DNA of 64,000 nt from Octopus vulgaris (taxonomy: Eukaryota). Both the position numbers and the translations under genes were made by a program. The stretch spans positions 30,194,001 to 30,258,000 of the forward strand of contig OX597823.1 of assembly GCA_951406725.2 (NCBI GenBank), given 5' to 3'. Shown here in pieces: positions 1 through 13,047 of this stretch. Position 1 is the stretch's first letter, and each line of letters begins with the position of its first letter. The notes beneath the pieces are model-generated. The model made no database searches and was not told the DNA's origin. It worked only from the letters and a program-made list of their open reading frames with translations.

Positions 1-104
1 TAGCTTTCTTAATGAGGATATCGAGGAAGGGGAGTTGTTGTTGGCTATATTCCATCGTGAATTGGATGTTTACGTCCAGTCCGTTTAAAATTTTCTGGAA
101 TTCT
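1..104 (-). mobile_element. Penelope-like element reverse transcriptase fragment (continues off the window edge)
   Basis: Minus strand translates EFQKILNGLDVNIQFTMEYSQQQLPFLDILIKKA, matching the N..I.FT.E....LPFLD motif of the PLE RT C-terminal region. Confidence 0.8.
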
Positions 105-312
105 ATCATCATCGTTATCATCATCATCGGCGTCATCATCATCACCACCATCATCACCACCATCTTCTCCTTCTCCTTCTTCTTCTTCTTCTTCTTCTTC
201 TTCTTCTTCTTCTTCATCATCATCGTTATCATCATCATCGTCGTCATAATCATCACCACCATCACCATCATCTTCTCCTTCTCCTTCTTCTTCTTCTTCT
301 TCTTCTTCTTCT
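105..312. repeat. Compound (CAT)n/(CTT)n microsatellite block, present as two imperfect copies
   Basis: A CAT-rich then CTT-rich block occurs twice; it explains ORF 12..377. Confidence 0.85.
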
Positions 313-373
313 CCACCCCCTACCCCTTAAGTTTGTCACTAATGTTTTTTAGTATAACACCTACGCTAATTCT

Positions 374-735
374 ATAAACAATCCTGAATTGAACTGAGAC
401 TGCCAGCCGCCACTGACCATTCAAAATACGACCATCAGGGCACTCCCAGATTCTCCCACCCCCTTTCCTCACCAGCCTTCCCTCTACTACCCTACCAAGA
501 ACTCACAACTACCTCGAACACACAAGTGCAAACAAGGGAGTCAGAGAAAGGCAGAATGCCACTTAAATCTGAACACTACTATAGAAATATTCTTTTAAAA
601 AAACTTTTCTTCTAATTTTTCTAAATTTAATTATTTAATCGTTACAGTTGAAAAGGTCTCAAAATGACCGAAACCGGTACTGAAATGTTCACTATAAAAT
701 TATTTTAGCATTTTCTATTTTTTACTTGTTTTTTC
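374..735 (+). mobile_element. Penelope-like pseudo-LTR (ORF end, 3' UTR, degenerate hammerhead), inverted relative to the RT fragment
   Basis: ATA AAC AAT CCT GAA TTG AAC TGA = INNPELN*, resembling the P.LN* end of GIY-YIG PLE ORFs. At 645-682, CAG-TTGAAAA-GGTC..GACC-GAA-ACCGGT-A-CTG folds as a minimal type-I hammerhead with a mutated CUGANGA core. Confidence 0.6.
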
Positions 736-904
736 ATATATATATATATATGCATATATATGCATATACATATACATATATATATTACTCACACACACTC
801 ACATACATACAGACAGACACCCACACAGACACACATTGAGAGCATTGCTAATGCACATGCGCCTAGTGATGAGATGCTGAAATAATAGGGAATTGATGAT
901 CAAC

Positions 905-1185
905 GTCTGTGATTTACAGGGCGCAGCCTTAATCCCACCCACTCTCCTTTTCTATTGTATTCTATTTAAAACAAATAAATCCTGCAATGGGCAGAGGGAA
1001 GGTGGGCAGCAGACTTGGATCAATTTTCTGTCAGATTGACTGATTGATGCTTTGTAGGTGGAGTCGGAATTTAGTCCCTGATTCAAGACCTCGGTCTTCT
1101 GAGTCTCAATGATGTTATCAATCATATAATGGCGACCTTGGTCATTGGCTCAAGTGTGGATTATTGATGTTAAATGCAAATTAGA
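905..1185. promoter_or_regulatory. Candidate homeodomain/TALE-rich cis-regulatory module
   Basis: Non-repetitive stretch with TGATTTAC 910-917, TAATCC 930-935, CTGTCA 1028-1033, TGATTGAT 1041-1048, ATCAATCA 1117-1124, TCAAGTG 1150-1156, GGATTA 1158-1163 and ATGCAAAT 1174-1181. Motif evidence only. Confidence 0.3.
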
Positions 1186-1347
1186 CTTTAGCTGTTGTGA
1201 CTTTTATATAAACGTTAATTACTTTCGCAAAATAAGATGGAAGTTCTGCCCTGTGAACAGAATGTTTACCAGTTTCACTCAGTGTTTTATTTTATTTTAT
1301 TTTATTTTATTATTTGCCGACACAACACAAACCATCGCCAGATCCAT

Positions 1348-2068
<721 letters not shown>

Positions 2069-2084
2069 TCTCTTCGAGTTTTTT

Positions 2085-2503
2085 GTTTCTTTATTCTTTT
2101 ATCTTTTGCTTGTTTCATTTAATGTTCTGCGGCCATGCTGGTGCACCACTTTGAAGGAGTTTTGCCGAACAAATCAATCTCAATATTTTATGTGAGATCT
2201 GTTTCTTATTGTATTGGGGCTTTTTTGCCGAACAGCTAGGTAAACAATTCAATACTGGTTGTCAAGCGGTGAGGGTACACACACACACACACACACACAT
2301 GCACACACACAATTACACACACACATACACATTTACACGTGCACACAACGGGCTTCCACACAGTCTCTGTTTATCACATTCACTTATAAGGCATTGGTTG
2401 TCCGGAGCTATGATAGAATACATTTTTGCAAGGTGCCGCGCAATGGGACCGAACCGAAAACCACCTCGTTGTAACATGGTCTTCTTAACCACACACCCAT
2501 GCA
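2085..2503 (-). mobile_element. SINE family A, diverged copy
   Basis: Degenerate match (GCGGCCATGCTGG, TTTTGCCGAAC, GGTTGTCAAGCG, CAAGGTGCCGCGCAATGGGAC). Confidence 0.75.
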
Positions 2504-2682
2504 TAGAGAAAATTTCCCGCATCTTTTCCTCCATAAATTTTGAACCAGAGCAATTTGGAAGGGAAACAATCAGTCTAAAATATCAGTCTAATGATAATAA
2601 TGCATTTTATGATGTACTTCGATATCTATAAATTTGTTGATATCTTAAATAAATTTCATGATATGTATTTTATGATGTACTT

Positions 2683-2830
2683 AACAACATCGAAAAATAC
2701 CTTCGAGATTGGAAACCAGGTTCAAAATTTTCCCAAGACACCCGATGAAAGCTGGAGGGTATATCAGCCGAAACGTTTTGTTAGCAATAAGCAAGGTGAG
2801 GACAAATATCCGTCAAGTGGAAATAATGTA
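2683..2830 (+). mobile_element. Element D 3' half (hammerhead-containing tail)
   Basis: Homologous to 37161-37303; hammerhead-like fold GACAC-CCGATGA..GCTG..CAGCC-GAAACGTT at 2737-2782. Confidence 0.75.
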
Positions 2831-3106
2831 AAATATTTGGACTTCTAGAAATCTTAGCGTTTTTCATCCATTCCCAAAAAAAGTTTGCCGATATCAATTA
2901 CGAGTATTAAAATGTAGAACAGTGAAATTGGCAATTTTTCATCCGAGATAAACATCCAAGTATTAGAGAATAATATGTCGGCCGAGAACTTATGCCCTTA
3001 ATAATTAAGGTGATTCAATATCTGTAGGTTTTCTTGACTGACTCTAGTTGGTGACTCCCTTATATCAGCAGGATTCTCCACGAGTCCACATATTTTGTAT
3101 ACTATA

Positions 3107-3516
3107 CTCTTTACTCTTATTCTTTTACTCTTTTACTTGTTTCAATCATTTGACAGCGGCCATGATGGAGCACCACCTTTAGTCGAGCAAATCGCCCCCA
3201 GAACTTATTCTTTGAAAGCCTAGTACTTATTCTATCGGTCTCTTTGCCGAACCGCTAAGTTACGGGGACGTAAACACATCACCATCGGTTGTCAAGCGAT
3301 GTTGGGGGACAAAGACACACAAATATTGCATACACATATATATAAATACAAATATATACGACGTGCTTCTTTCAGTTTCCGTCTACCAAATCCACTCACA
3401 AGGCTTTGGTCTGCCCGAGGCTGTAGCAGAAGATACTTGCCCAAGGTGCCACGCAGTGGGAATGAACCTGGAACCATGTTGTTGGTAAGCAAGCTACTTA
3501 CCACACAGCCACTCCA
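3107..3516 (-). mobile_element. SINE family A
   Basis: Near full-length match with (TTTTACTC)n tail on the + strand and tRNA-like head at the right end. Confidence 0.9.
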
Positions 3517-3624
3517 GTATATGTATATATTTTTATCTTATTTCCTTCTTCTTTGCCTTTTTTCCATCAACATTTTATGTAACACCTTCCAAACCCACAC
3601 ATAAATTGTAAAGTGTCTCTGAAG

Positions 3625-3921
3625 CCCCTTTTATCTTTTCGGAGTCAATAAAATATCCTTCAAGTACTGGAATCGATGTAATCGTTTAATCCCTTCCCGC
3701 TAAAATTGCTGGCCTTGTGCCAAAATTGTTCGGTGGCGAGCTGGTGGAATCGTTAGTGTGTCGAACAAAATACTTAGTTGCATTTCTTTCGGATCTTTAT
3801 CAACTTTGCCTTTCATCCTTTCAGTAAAGGTAAAATAAGTTACTCTCAATCACTAGGGCCGTTGTAATCGACTCGCCCCGTTCCCTCAAAACAGCCCCAC
3901 TTGCGCCCAAATTAGAAAGAA
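3625..3921 (+). mobile_element. SINE family B (Meta-domain): partial copy plus diverged full copy, ending in (ATC)/(ATT)n
   Basis: GGCGAGCTGG head, CTTTGCCTTTCATCCTTTC Meta-like block, GTAATCGACT..TTGCGCCCAAATTAGAAA tail. Confidence 0.75.
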
Positions 3922-3944
3922 TCATCATCATCATCATCGTCATA

Positions 3945-3974
<30 letters not shown>

Positions 3975-3975
<1 letters not shown>

Positions 3976-4172
3976 TATGTTTGACTTTTGCTTTATATTT
4001 TTACAAGTTGGCTCCAAGTCTCACCCAGAGACCTCAAGAGACAACAGGTTGGAAGTTCATGTTGTTGTTATGCCTAGTGTGCCATATATTTGGGGGGGGA
4101 GTTTTTGGTGTTGTACTAATGAATGTCTAAAAAAAAAATAAAATAAAATAAAAATTAACAAAAAAAATTTTT
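3975..4172 (-). mobile_element. Probable 3' UTR of an R4/Dong-type LINE (family 4) in an (AAT)n tract
   Basis: Flanked by (TTA)n on both sides. Minus strand has CTTGAGGTCTCTGGGTGAGACTTGG, similar to the 3' UTR motif of the other Dong families here. No coding part is retained. Confidence 0.5.
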
Positions 4173-4174
4173 TA

Positions 4175-4277
<103 letters not shown>

Positions 4278-4278
4278 T

Positions 4279-4583
4279 TCCTTCGTAACACAGTGTAGGT
4301 AAAAACGCACCGGAATCTTAAGTCATTTGTCAAGTCACAACAAGGACCTCAGACAGATAATACTTTCCTTAAGATATGCGTTGGGCCTAATAAGGCTGCT
4401 TTTTGCAAGATATCAGTTTTGCACGGGATTTCCAGTTGCGTTTACGAAGTCTTGGGTTTTCATTGGGATTGAGTCCAACGCTCCGATCACCCCTGGTATC
4501 ACTTTTACATTACCCTCTCACACCCCATACAGCCTTCCCAATTCCACTTTCAATTCGGAGTACTTCGTGATTTTTTCAACCTT
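4279..4583 (-). mobile_element. R4/Dong-clade LINE 3' fragment (family 3), decayed
   Basis: Minus strand reads VEKITKYSELKVELGRLYG..VKVIPGVIGALDSIP..DILQKAALLGPTHILRKVLSV* (with a stop and frameshift), homologous to the RLE C-terminus of family 1. Confidence 0.8.
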
Positions 4584-4599
4584 ATCATCATCATCATCA

Positions 4600-4663
<64 letters not shown>

Positions 4664-4707
4664 TATTATTATTATCATCATCATCATCATCATCATCATC
4701 ATTATAT

Positions 4708-4918
4708 GGTGGTGAACTGGAAGAATCATTAGCACGCTGGGGTAAATGCCTAGCAGCATTTCGTCCGCTTTACGTTCTGAGTTCATATTTCGCCGAGATC
4801 GACTTTGCTTTTCGTTCTTTCGGGATCGATAAAATAAGCACCAGTTGAATACTAGGGTCGATGTAATCGACTTAATCCCATCTAGAACTTACTGGCCTTG
4901 TGCCAAAATCTGAAATCA
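4708..4918 (+). mobile_element. SINE family B (Meta-domain)
   Basis: Full head, Meta block and tail followed by (ATT)n. Confidence 0.85.
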
Positions 4919-4932
4919 TTATTATTATTATT

Positions 4933-5174
4933 AAGTGAGAGAGCAGTGTATGCCATCAAAGTTGCACTGAGGTAAAATATACGAAGCCCAGTATACCCAT
5001 CATGACCAGCCATCTGATAAGGGTGCACCAGGCACATGCATCACAACCATATATGCGCGACATAGTGATCTTATATCAAGAAAAATAGCACATGACCTTC
5101 CATATGGGGCCTAGCTAGAATTTTCTTCTGGTCAAATAGCTCATCCCGCTCAATAGGTCCGTTGCATCAAGGCA
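4933..5174 (-). mobile_element. Family C non-coding element, internally deleted copy keeping both ends
   Basis: Same termini as 5230-5784 (AGTGAGAGAGCAG... and ...TGCATCA(A/G)GGCA) with the middle missing; flanked by (TTA)n. Confidence 0.8.
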
Positions 5175-5182
5175 TTTATTTG

Positions 5183-5229
<47 letters not shown>

Positions 5230-5784
5230 GAGTGAGAGAGCAGTGCATGCCATCCAAGTGACACTGGGGTAAAATATACGAAGCCCAGTATACCCATCGT
5301 GACTACCCATCTGATAAGGGTACACCAGGCACATGCATCACAACCACATATGCACGACATGGTGATCTCATATCAAGATAAACAGCACATGACCTTGCAG
5401 GTGGGGCCCAGTTAGAATTTTCCTCTGGTCGAGTAACCCATCCCGCTCAAAAGGTCCCTGAATAAGGGTTGTTTAAGGATGTTGAACGAAACACCCATGT
5501 TTCAAAAGGTGAATTATTCAAACTTCAAAGAATTCCTCTCAACACATGGCTATGATGCTCCCCCACTACTTCTGCTCGTGATCAGAGATGCACATTTCGT
5601 CAGCCACTAAGGGACATGCTCAACTGGTTAAGGTCAAACAACTGACAAACAAATCTGTGGTATTGCGCAGAATATTTGCTGTAGCCCATCTTTTATACCA
5701 AGACAAAACAATGTACATGATAACATTTCCAATCAGTTAAGATCAGAAGCCATGAGAGCCACTACCTTGTACTGCATCAGGGCA
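5230..5784 (-). mobile_element. Family C non-coding element, longest copy (~555 bp)
   Basis: Homologous to seven other copies in the window; (TTA)n on both sides; no long ORF or tRNA head seen. Confidence 0.85.
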
Positions 5785-6600
<816 letters not shown>

Positions 6601-8180
6601 TTAATGTTGATGTCAGTAAATATATCATCACATCCCTTCAAAAATTTTTAACATTTTAACAAATGCAAATGAGAAAAAAGAATTTCTACCGAAGATCATT
6701 TTAACAATTTCGAATCTCCAAGAATTCGTTGGATCTCTATGGTATGACGTCTGTTATTTTGGGACATAATTATATTTTGCAGTTTCTGTTAACATAAAAT
6801 TAAAGATGACATCTTGTCAGAGAAACGCCTTCTCAAAAAAAAAGTGAAGATGAACATAACAAGGAGAAGCATAAATATAAAAAGAGAAATTAAATTTCAC
6901 AGCAACATCAAAACTTTGTACAGCAAAAATGACATTTCAACAATTAAAACCATTAATTTAAACAAATTTAACTATGTTGTTAACAAAAACATACACACAC
7001 TCACACTCACACACGCACTCACGTACACACTCATACACACACACACACACACATACATGCAAGTACAAACACTCATTTTATTAAACAAAAGAAACAAGCA
7101 GATTTTTTGAGCGAAGGTGAGACAGAAGTAACTGACAGTAATTCTTTTGCTAGAGTAGCTAACAACAAAGAGGTACTAAGTATATGTGACTCAGCAAAGG
7201 CAGATTTACATGACAGCAGTATGTGACGAAGGAATGTACCACCCATTCTGTGCTCTTAATTCAACAGAGAATAAAGATGCCGGTTACATATCTCCGCATT
7301 TCAGGAAACAAAGAGACTTGTTCCTCTATACTCACTGTTACTATATCAGTAGCTTTGTCTAATATGTGAAGTAATATCTCTCCTATATCGGCAAGAAATA
7401 GCTTATAAGACTGGCTAACAAGTTTTCAGAGCTGACAACGGAAGCAAAAAAGTAGACCTTTGTAAATTATATTCATTATGCAATAGAGGTTTCACTGACA
7501 CAAAAACTACGTAAAAATATCACTGAGGTTTGTAAAATTTAATTAGGAAAACGTAACATTATATGGTTAAACCCACCTTCTAGTCTGAATAGACTATTTA
7601 CTCTGTGACGAAAAATATCAGCTATGAGATATTCTCGTTTGGACTTACATGAACGTATTAAAAATGAATAGATAGGATATTATTTCGATTCATGCTCTTC
7701 TTTGCACACCCCACGAACTATTATCTATTTGGCAGACGTCAACAAATAATTTGTTTGCTAATTTCTATAATCAAAAGCTTGTACTCTTAGATTAATTCTA
7801 AAGATAATTCGATGCGATTTGAGAGAGATTTCGTTGTCCTTTCGAAGAGATAAAGTGGCCATGTTGAGGTTACCTTGCTGGCTAAGTTACTGGTGGCTAT
7901 AGTTGATGTGGTTGTTGTTCAGTCCAGTTTATAACAGACCTCTGATCACTGACCTTACCTTCTTTTCTTTCCCTGCCATAGCATTGGACAGTAATAACCA
8001 ACCCATGGCATGAATGTTGGCAGTGACACCTCGCGAGGTTTTGGGCGACAAGCAGAAGACCTTTAAAATATTTCCCTACAATTATCAATAAACGTTTATC
8101 TAAAACCCAAAATATACACGCGCCCACACCCACACCCACCCACACATATCTACATACATATATATTTGTGAGTGTGTGTG

Positions 8181-8212
<32 letters not shown>

Positions 8213-8640
8213 CATACATATAAGTTTGTGTAAATGTATATGTGTATACACCCACTCAAACACACATACATATATCTACATACACACATATATATTCAGT
8301 GTTACTCCAATAACAGAATCCTTAAAGTAACTTAAATTTCGATACGCCAGTCTAAAGATGTCGCACTAGCACACACCTACGACTATATTATTTTAAGTCC
8401 TATTCGTGTTTTTTTCTAAGATTCTGAGGTTTATGTTTTGTTCAGGAAATTTCGTTACTGCTTCTGCTGGGTTTAGCTTATACATTGATTTCTTTCGTCT
8501 GGCTATCATTGTGATGTATCCCACTAGTTATGACAGAGAAAACAATGAAACTGAGTATGCGTCCCACTTAAAGTATTGGTAATAATAATAATAATAATAA
8601 CAACAACAACAACAACAACAATAATAATAATATTAATAAT

Positions 8641-9082
8641 CTCAATACCACAGATTTGCTTGTCAGTCTTTTTTACCTTAACCAGTTGACCACGCCCCTT
8701 AGTGACTGACGATACGTGCATTTCTGATCATGAGCAGAAGTAGTGGGGGAGCAACCGTCCGTGTGTTTAAAGGAATTCTTAGAGGTTTGGATAATTCACC
8801 TTTGGAAACATTGGTGGTTTGTTCAACATCCTTAAACAATCCTCATTCAGAGACCTTTTGAGCGGGATGGGTTACTCGACCAGAAGAAAATTCTAACTGG
8901 GTCCCACCTGCAAGGTCATGCGCTGTTTATCTTGATATAAGATCACCATGTCGCGCACATATGGTTGTGATGCATGTGCCTGGTGTACCCTTATCAGACG
9001 GGTAGTCATGATGGGTATACTGGGCTTCGTATATTTTACCCCAGTGTCACTTTGATGGCATGAACTGCTCTCTCACTCAATA

Positions 9083-9150
<68 letters not shown>

Positions 9151-9373
9151 CTCAATACCACAGATTTACTCGACCAGAAGAAAATTCTAACTGGGTCCCA
9201 CCTGCAAGGTCATGCGCTGTTTATCTTGATATAAGATCACCATGTCGCGCACATATGGTTGTGATGCATGTGCCTGGTGTACCCTTATCAGACGGGTAGT
9301 CATGATGGGTATACTGGGCTTCGTATATTTTACCCCAGTGTCACTTTGATGGCATGAACTGCTCTCTCAAATA

Positions 9374-9465
<92 letters not shown>

Positions 9466-9691
9466 CTCAATACCACAGATTTACTCGACCAGAAGAAAAT
9501 TCTAACTGGGTCCCACCTGCAAGGTCATGCGCTGTTTATCTTGATATAAGATCACCATGTCGCGCACATATGGTTGTGATGCATGTGCCTGGTGTACCCT
9601 TATCAGACGGGTAGTCATGATGGGTATACTGGGCTTCGTATATTTTACCCCAGTGTCACTTTGATGGCATGAACTGCTCTCTCACTCAATA

Positions 9692-9783
<92 letters not shown>

Positions 9784-10831
9784 CTCAATACCACAGATTT
9801 ACTCGACCAGAAGAAAATTCTAACTGGGTCCCACCTGCAAGGTCATGTGCTGTTTATCTTGATATAAGATCACCATGTCGCGCACATATGGTTGTGATGC
9901 ATGTGCCTGGTGTACCCTTATCAGACGGGTAGTCATGATGGGGATACTGGGCTTCGTATATTTTACCCCAGTGTCATTTTGATGGCATGCACTGCTCTTT
10001 CACTCAAGACAGACATGACAGAGTTGGAACCTACATACATTGGAAGCTATGCCAACATTATGGAATAACAACAGAAAAAAGATGGTATAGGCACACACCA
10101 GAAAAGGTCACAGAAAACGAGAAAGCAACCATACTCTGGGATATGCCGATACACACAGATAGAGAAATTAAGGCCAACAGACCAGATATAGTTGTCAGAG
10201 ACCATGAAGAAAAAAATGCTTTCTAATTGATGTATCAATACCGGCTGATGACAACGTGTCTCTAAAAGAAATGGAGAAACTCTCAAAATACAAAGACCTG
10301 AAATAGAGGTAACTAGAATGTGGAATCTGAAAACAGAAACAATTCCTATCATAGTAGGTGCATTAGGCATGATAAAAAAATATTCAGACAAATACATAAC
10401 AAAAACACCAGGACTTACAAACACATATAACATACAGAAAATTGCACTACTAGGCACTTCACACATCCTACGCAGAACACTTTCCATACAATAACCATCA
10501 GAGCATCACAACAAATCACAGCACATACCCAAGGCACACAGAGCTGCGCTCGGTAGTGAAGTGAAAGCACGCTATAAAAATAAAACTACTGAATAATAAT
10601 AATAATAATCTCAATACCACAGATTTACTCGACCAGAAGAAAATTCTAACTGGGTCCCACCTGCAAGGTCATGCGCTGTTTATCTTGATATGAGATCACC
10701 ATGTCGCGCACATATGAATGTGATGCATGTGCCTGGTGTACCCTTATCAGACGGGTAGTCATGATGGGTATACTGGGCTTCGTATATTTTACCCCAGTGT
10801 CATTTTGATGGCATGAACTGCTCTCTCACTC
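8641..10831 (+). repeat. Tandem array of five family C units separated by variable (AAT)n, with a nested Dong fragment
   Basis: Units 8641-9078, 9151-9368, 9466-9687, 9784-10005 and 10610-10831 all start CTCAATACCACAGATTT; units 2-5 share one internal deletion. Confidence 0.9.
10009..10591 (+). mobile_element. R4/Dong-clade LINE 3' fragment (family 1), frameshifted
   Basis: RHDRVGTYIHWKLC..ILWDMPIHTDREIKANRPDIV, the RHD / RPD..D motifs of the restriction-like endonuclease; 3' UTR ends AAAACTACTG(AAT)n. Confidence 0.92.
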
Positions 10832-11196
10832 AATAATAATAATAATAGACGCAGTGAAGTTGTGGTTATTAACCGTAAAATAAGAATGGTTAATATATAC
10901 CAAGGATTGAGAAGAGAGCAGTAATATTCCTTCCTCGTCCTCAATTCAGCTACGTAGGAAGCTTATGAGCCAGAGAGAGTGGTGGAAAACATGTTTGTCT
11001 TCTTTTTTTTGGTTTTGCTGTTTATTGAAGGAAACCTTAGGAAAACTATCCGTTTACAGGAAAACAAAATCAATATTGAAGCATTTATAAATAACTGACT
11101 TCGTTGTAGCAAATATTTTAGTTCAACGGAATTGCTGTGTCAGCAGTATTTTTAAGTCGCTATGCGGCTCTTTGGTATGGTAATTGTTTCTCACAA

Positions 11197-11310
<114 letters not shown>

Positions 11311-11371
11311 CAGACAGAAAGAAGCAGAGACAGACATACAGAATATATATAAATATAAGTGTATGTGTATA

Positions 11372-11410
<39 letters not shown>

Positions 11411-11437
11411 TTATTTATATCGTCTTTCCGTATGTCT

Positions 11438-11479
<42 letters not shown>

Positions 11480-11684
11480 ATCTATCTATCTGTCTGTCTG
11501 TCTGTCTATCTATTTATCTAACTGTCTGTCTGCTTGTCTGTCTGACTATCTATCTATTTATATGCATATGAATACACACACACACACACGCGCGCACACA
11601 TGTCAGTTTGTTTATCTGACTATCTATTTATCTCTCTTTCTCTCTCAACCCCTCTCCCTTTCTATCTATCTATCTATCTATATG

Positions 11685-12560
11685 CATGAGCCGCATTCAA
11701 AAAGCATCCGACTTTATTCTTTTCCTACAACAACTAATGTCTTGTTGGGCAAAATCTTTAGGGTGCGAAGTGACTCTACCCACCCTATGCATGTGTGAAA
11801 ATTTTCGCACCGGTTCGCCGCGTCAGTTCTCAGCTGTTGCGCCTAGAGTGCAAACCTGTAGTGAGCGCTCCTCGGGCTTTTGTTTTCATCGACCAGAGAT
11901 ATTACATCAAGTTTTGTGAAAAGTTTGGTGATACTCGAGCAGAAACCATCCAGAACATTCAACAGGGGTTTGGTGATGATGCCATAAGCAAATCTCACAT
12001 CAAGGAGTGGTATAATCTCTTCAGAAACAGACACACCTCATCGGAGAGCTAGGCACGCTCAGGCAGGCCATCCACACGCCGTAACGAGGAGCCGATTGAG
12101 AAAATTGGGCGAATAGCTATGGAAGACTATCATGTAGCAATCCAAGAAACTGACTGCTCACGAAGTGGGAGTAAGCACAGGTTCAGTTCATTCGGTTTTA
12201 ATGAAGGATTTGTGCATGCGGAGAGTGCTAGCGAAATTCGTCACCAGGAACAGCAGAAGCAGCTCCTGGGGGGAATTGCTCAGGACTTCATGAAGATCGA
12301 CATCACTGGTCATGAGACGTGGATTTATGGTCTCTGTTCGGTGCGTTCGGTCATCTTGCGTGAAAACTGAAACCCGTTGTTCGCGCACTACACGTTTGTC
12401 CTTTGCGCATAACAGTCGAGAACTGACGCGGACTACCGGTGCGAACATTTTCTTACTTACGCAGGAAGGGTGGTCTCACCTACCCGCAGAATTTTGCCCA
12501 GGCGACATTAGTTTTGATGGGAGAAAAATAAAGTCGAATACTTTATGAATGTACCTCGTG
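11685..12560 (+). mobile_element. Internally deleted mariner transposon with long inverted termini
   Basis: TIRs CATGAGCCGCATTCAAAAAGCATCCGACTTTATT / AATAAAGTCGAATACTTTATGAATGTACCTCGTG. Coding relics QRYYIKFCEKFG..EWYNLF..RSGRPST and ITGHETWIY (ITGDETW motif). Confidence 0.88.
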
Positions 12561-12681
12561 TATAAATATACATACATACATACATACATACATACATACA
12601 TACATACATACATACATACATACATACATACATACACACATACATACATGCATATATGTGCGTGTGTGTTTGTGTGTGTGT

Positions 12682-12971
12682 GGAGGCGCAATGACCGAGT
12701 GGTTGGGGCAGCGGACTCGCGTTCAGAGGATTGCGGTTTCGATTCCAACACCGGGCGTTGTGTGTGTTTATTGAGCGAAAACACCTAAAAGTTCCACGAG
12801 GCTCCGGCAGGGGGCGGTGGCGACCCCTGTTGTACTCTTTCACCGCAACTTTCTCTCACTCTCTCTTCCTTTTTCTTGAGTAATGCTGCGATGGACTGGC
12901 GTCCTGTCCAGCTGGGGGAAACACATACGCCACAGAAAGCCTGGCTAGGCTTGAAAAGGGCGACGTTTATC

Positions 12972-12975
<4 letters not shown>
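12682..12975 (+). mobile_element. tRNA(Arg)-like SINE with a V-domain-like block
   Basis: A box TGACCGAGTGG, TCG anticodon-like loop, B box GTTTCGATTCC. CTGCGATGGACTGGCGTCCTGTCCAG resembles the V-SINE conserved domain. Confidence 0.7.

Positions 12976-13047
<72 letters not shown>

Noticed and set aside
8641-10831. CRISPR-like repeat-spacer appearance
   Set aside because: Repeats are ~220 bp, spacers are plain (AAT)n, there are no cas genes and the context is eukaryotic.
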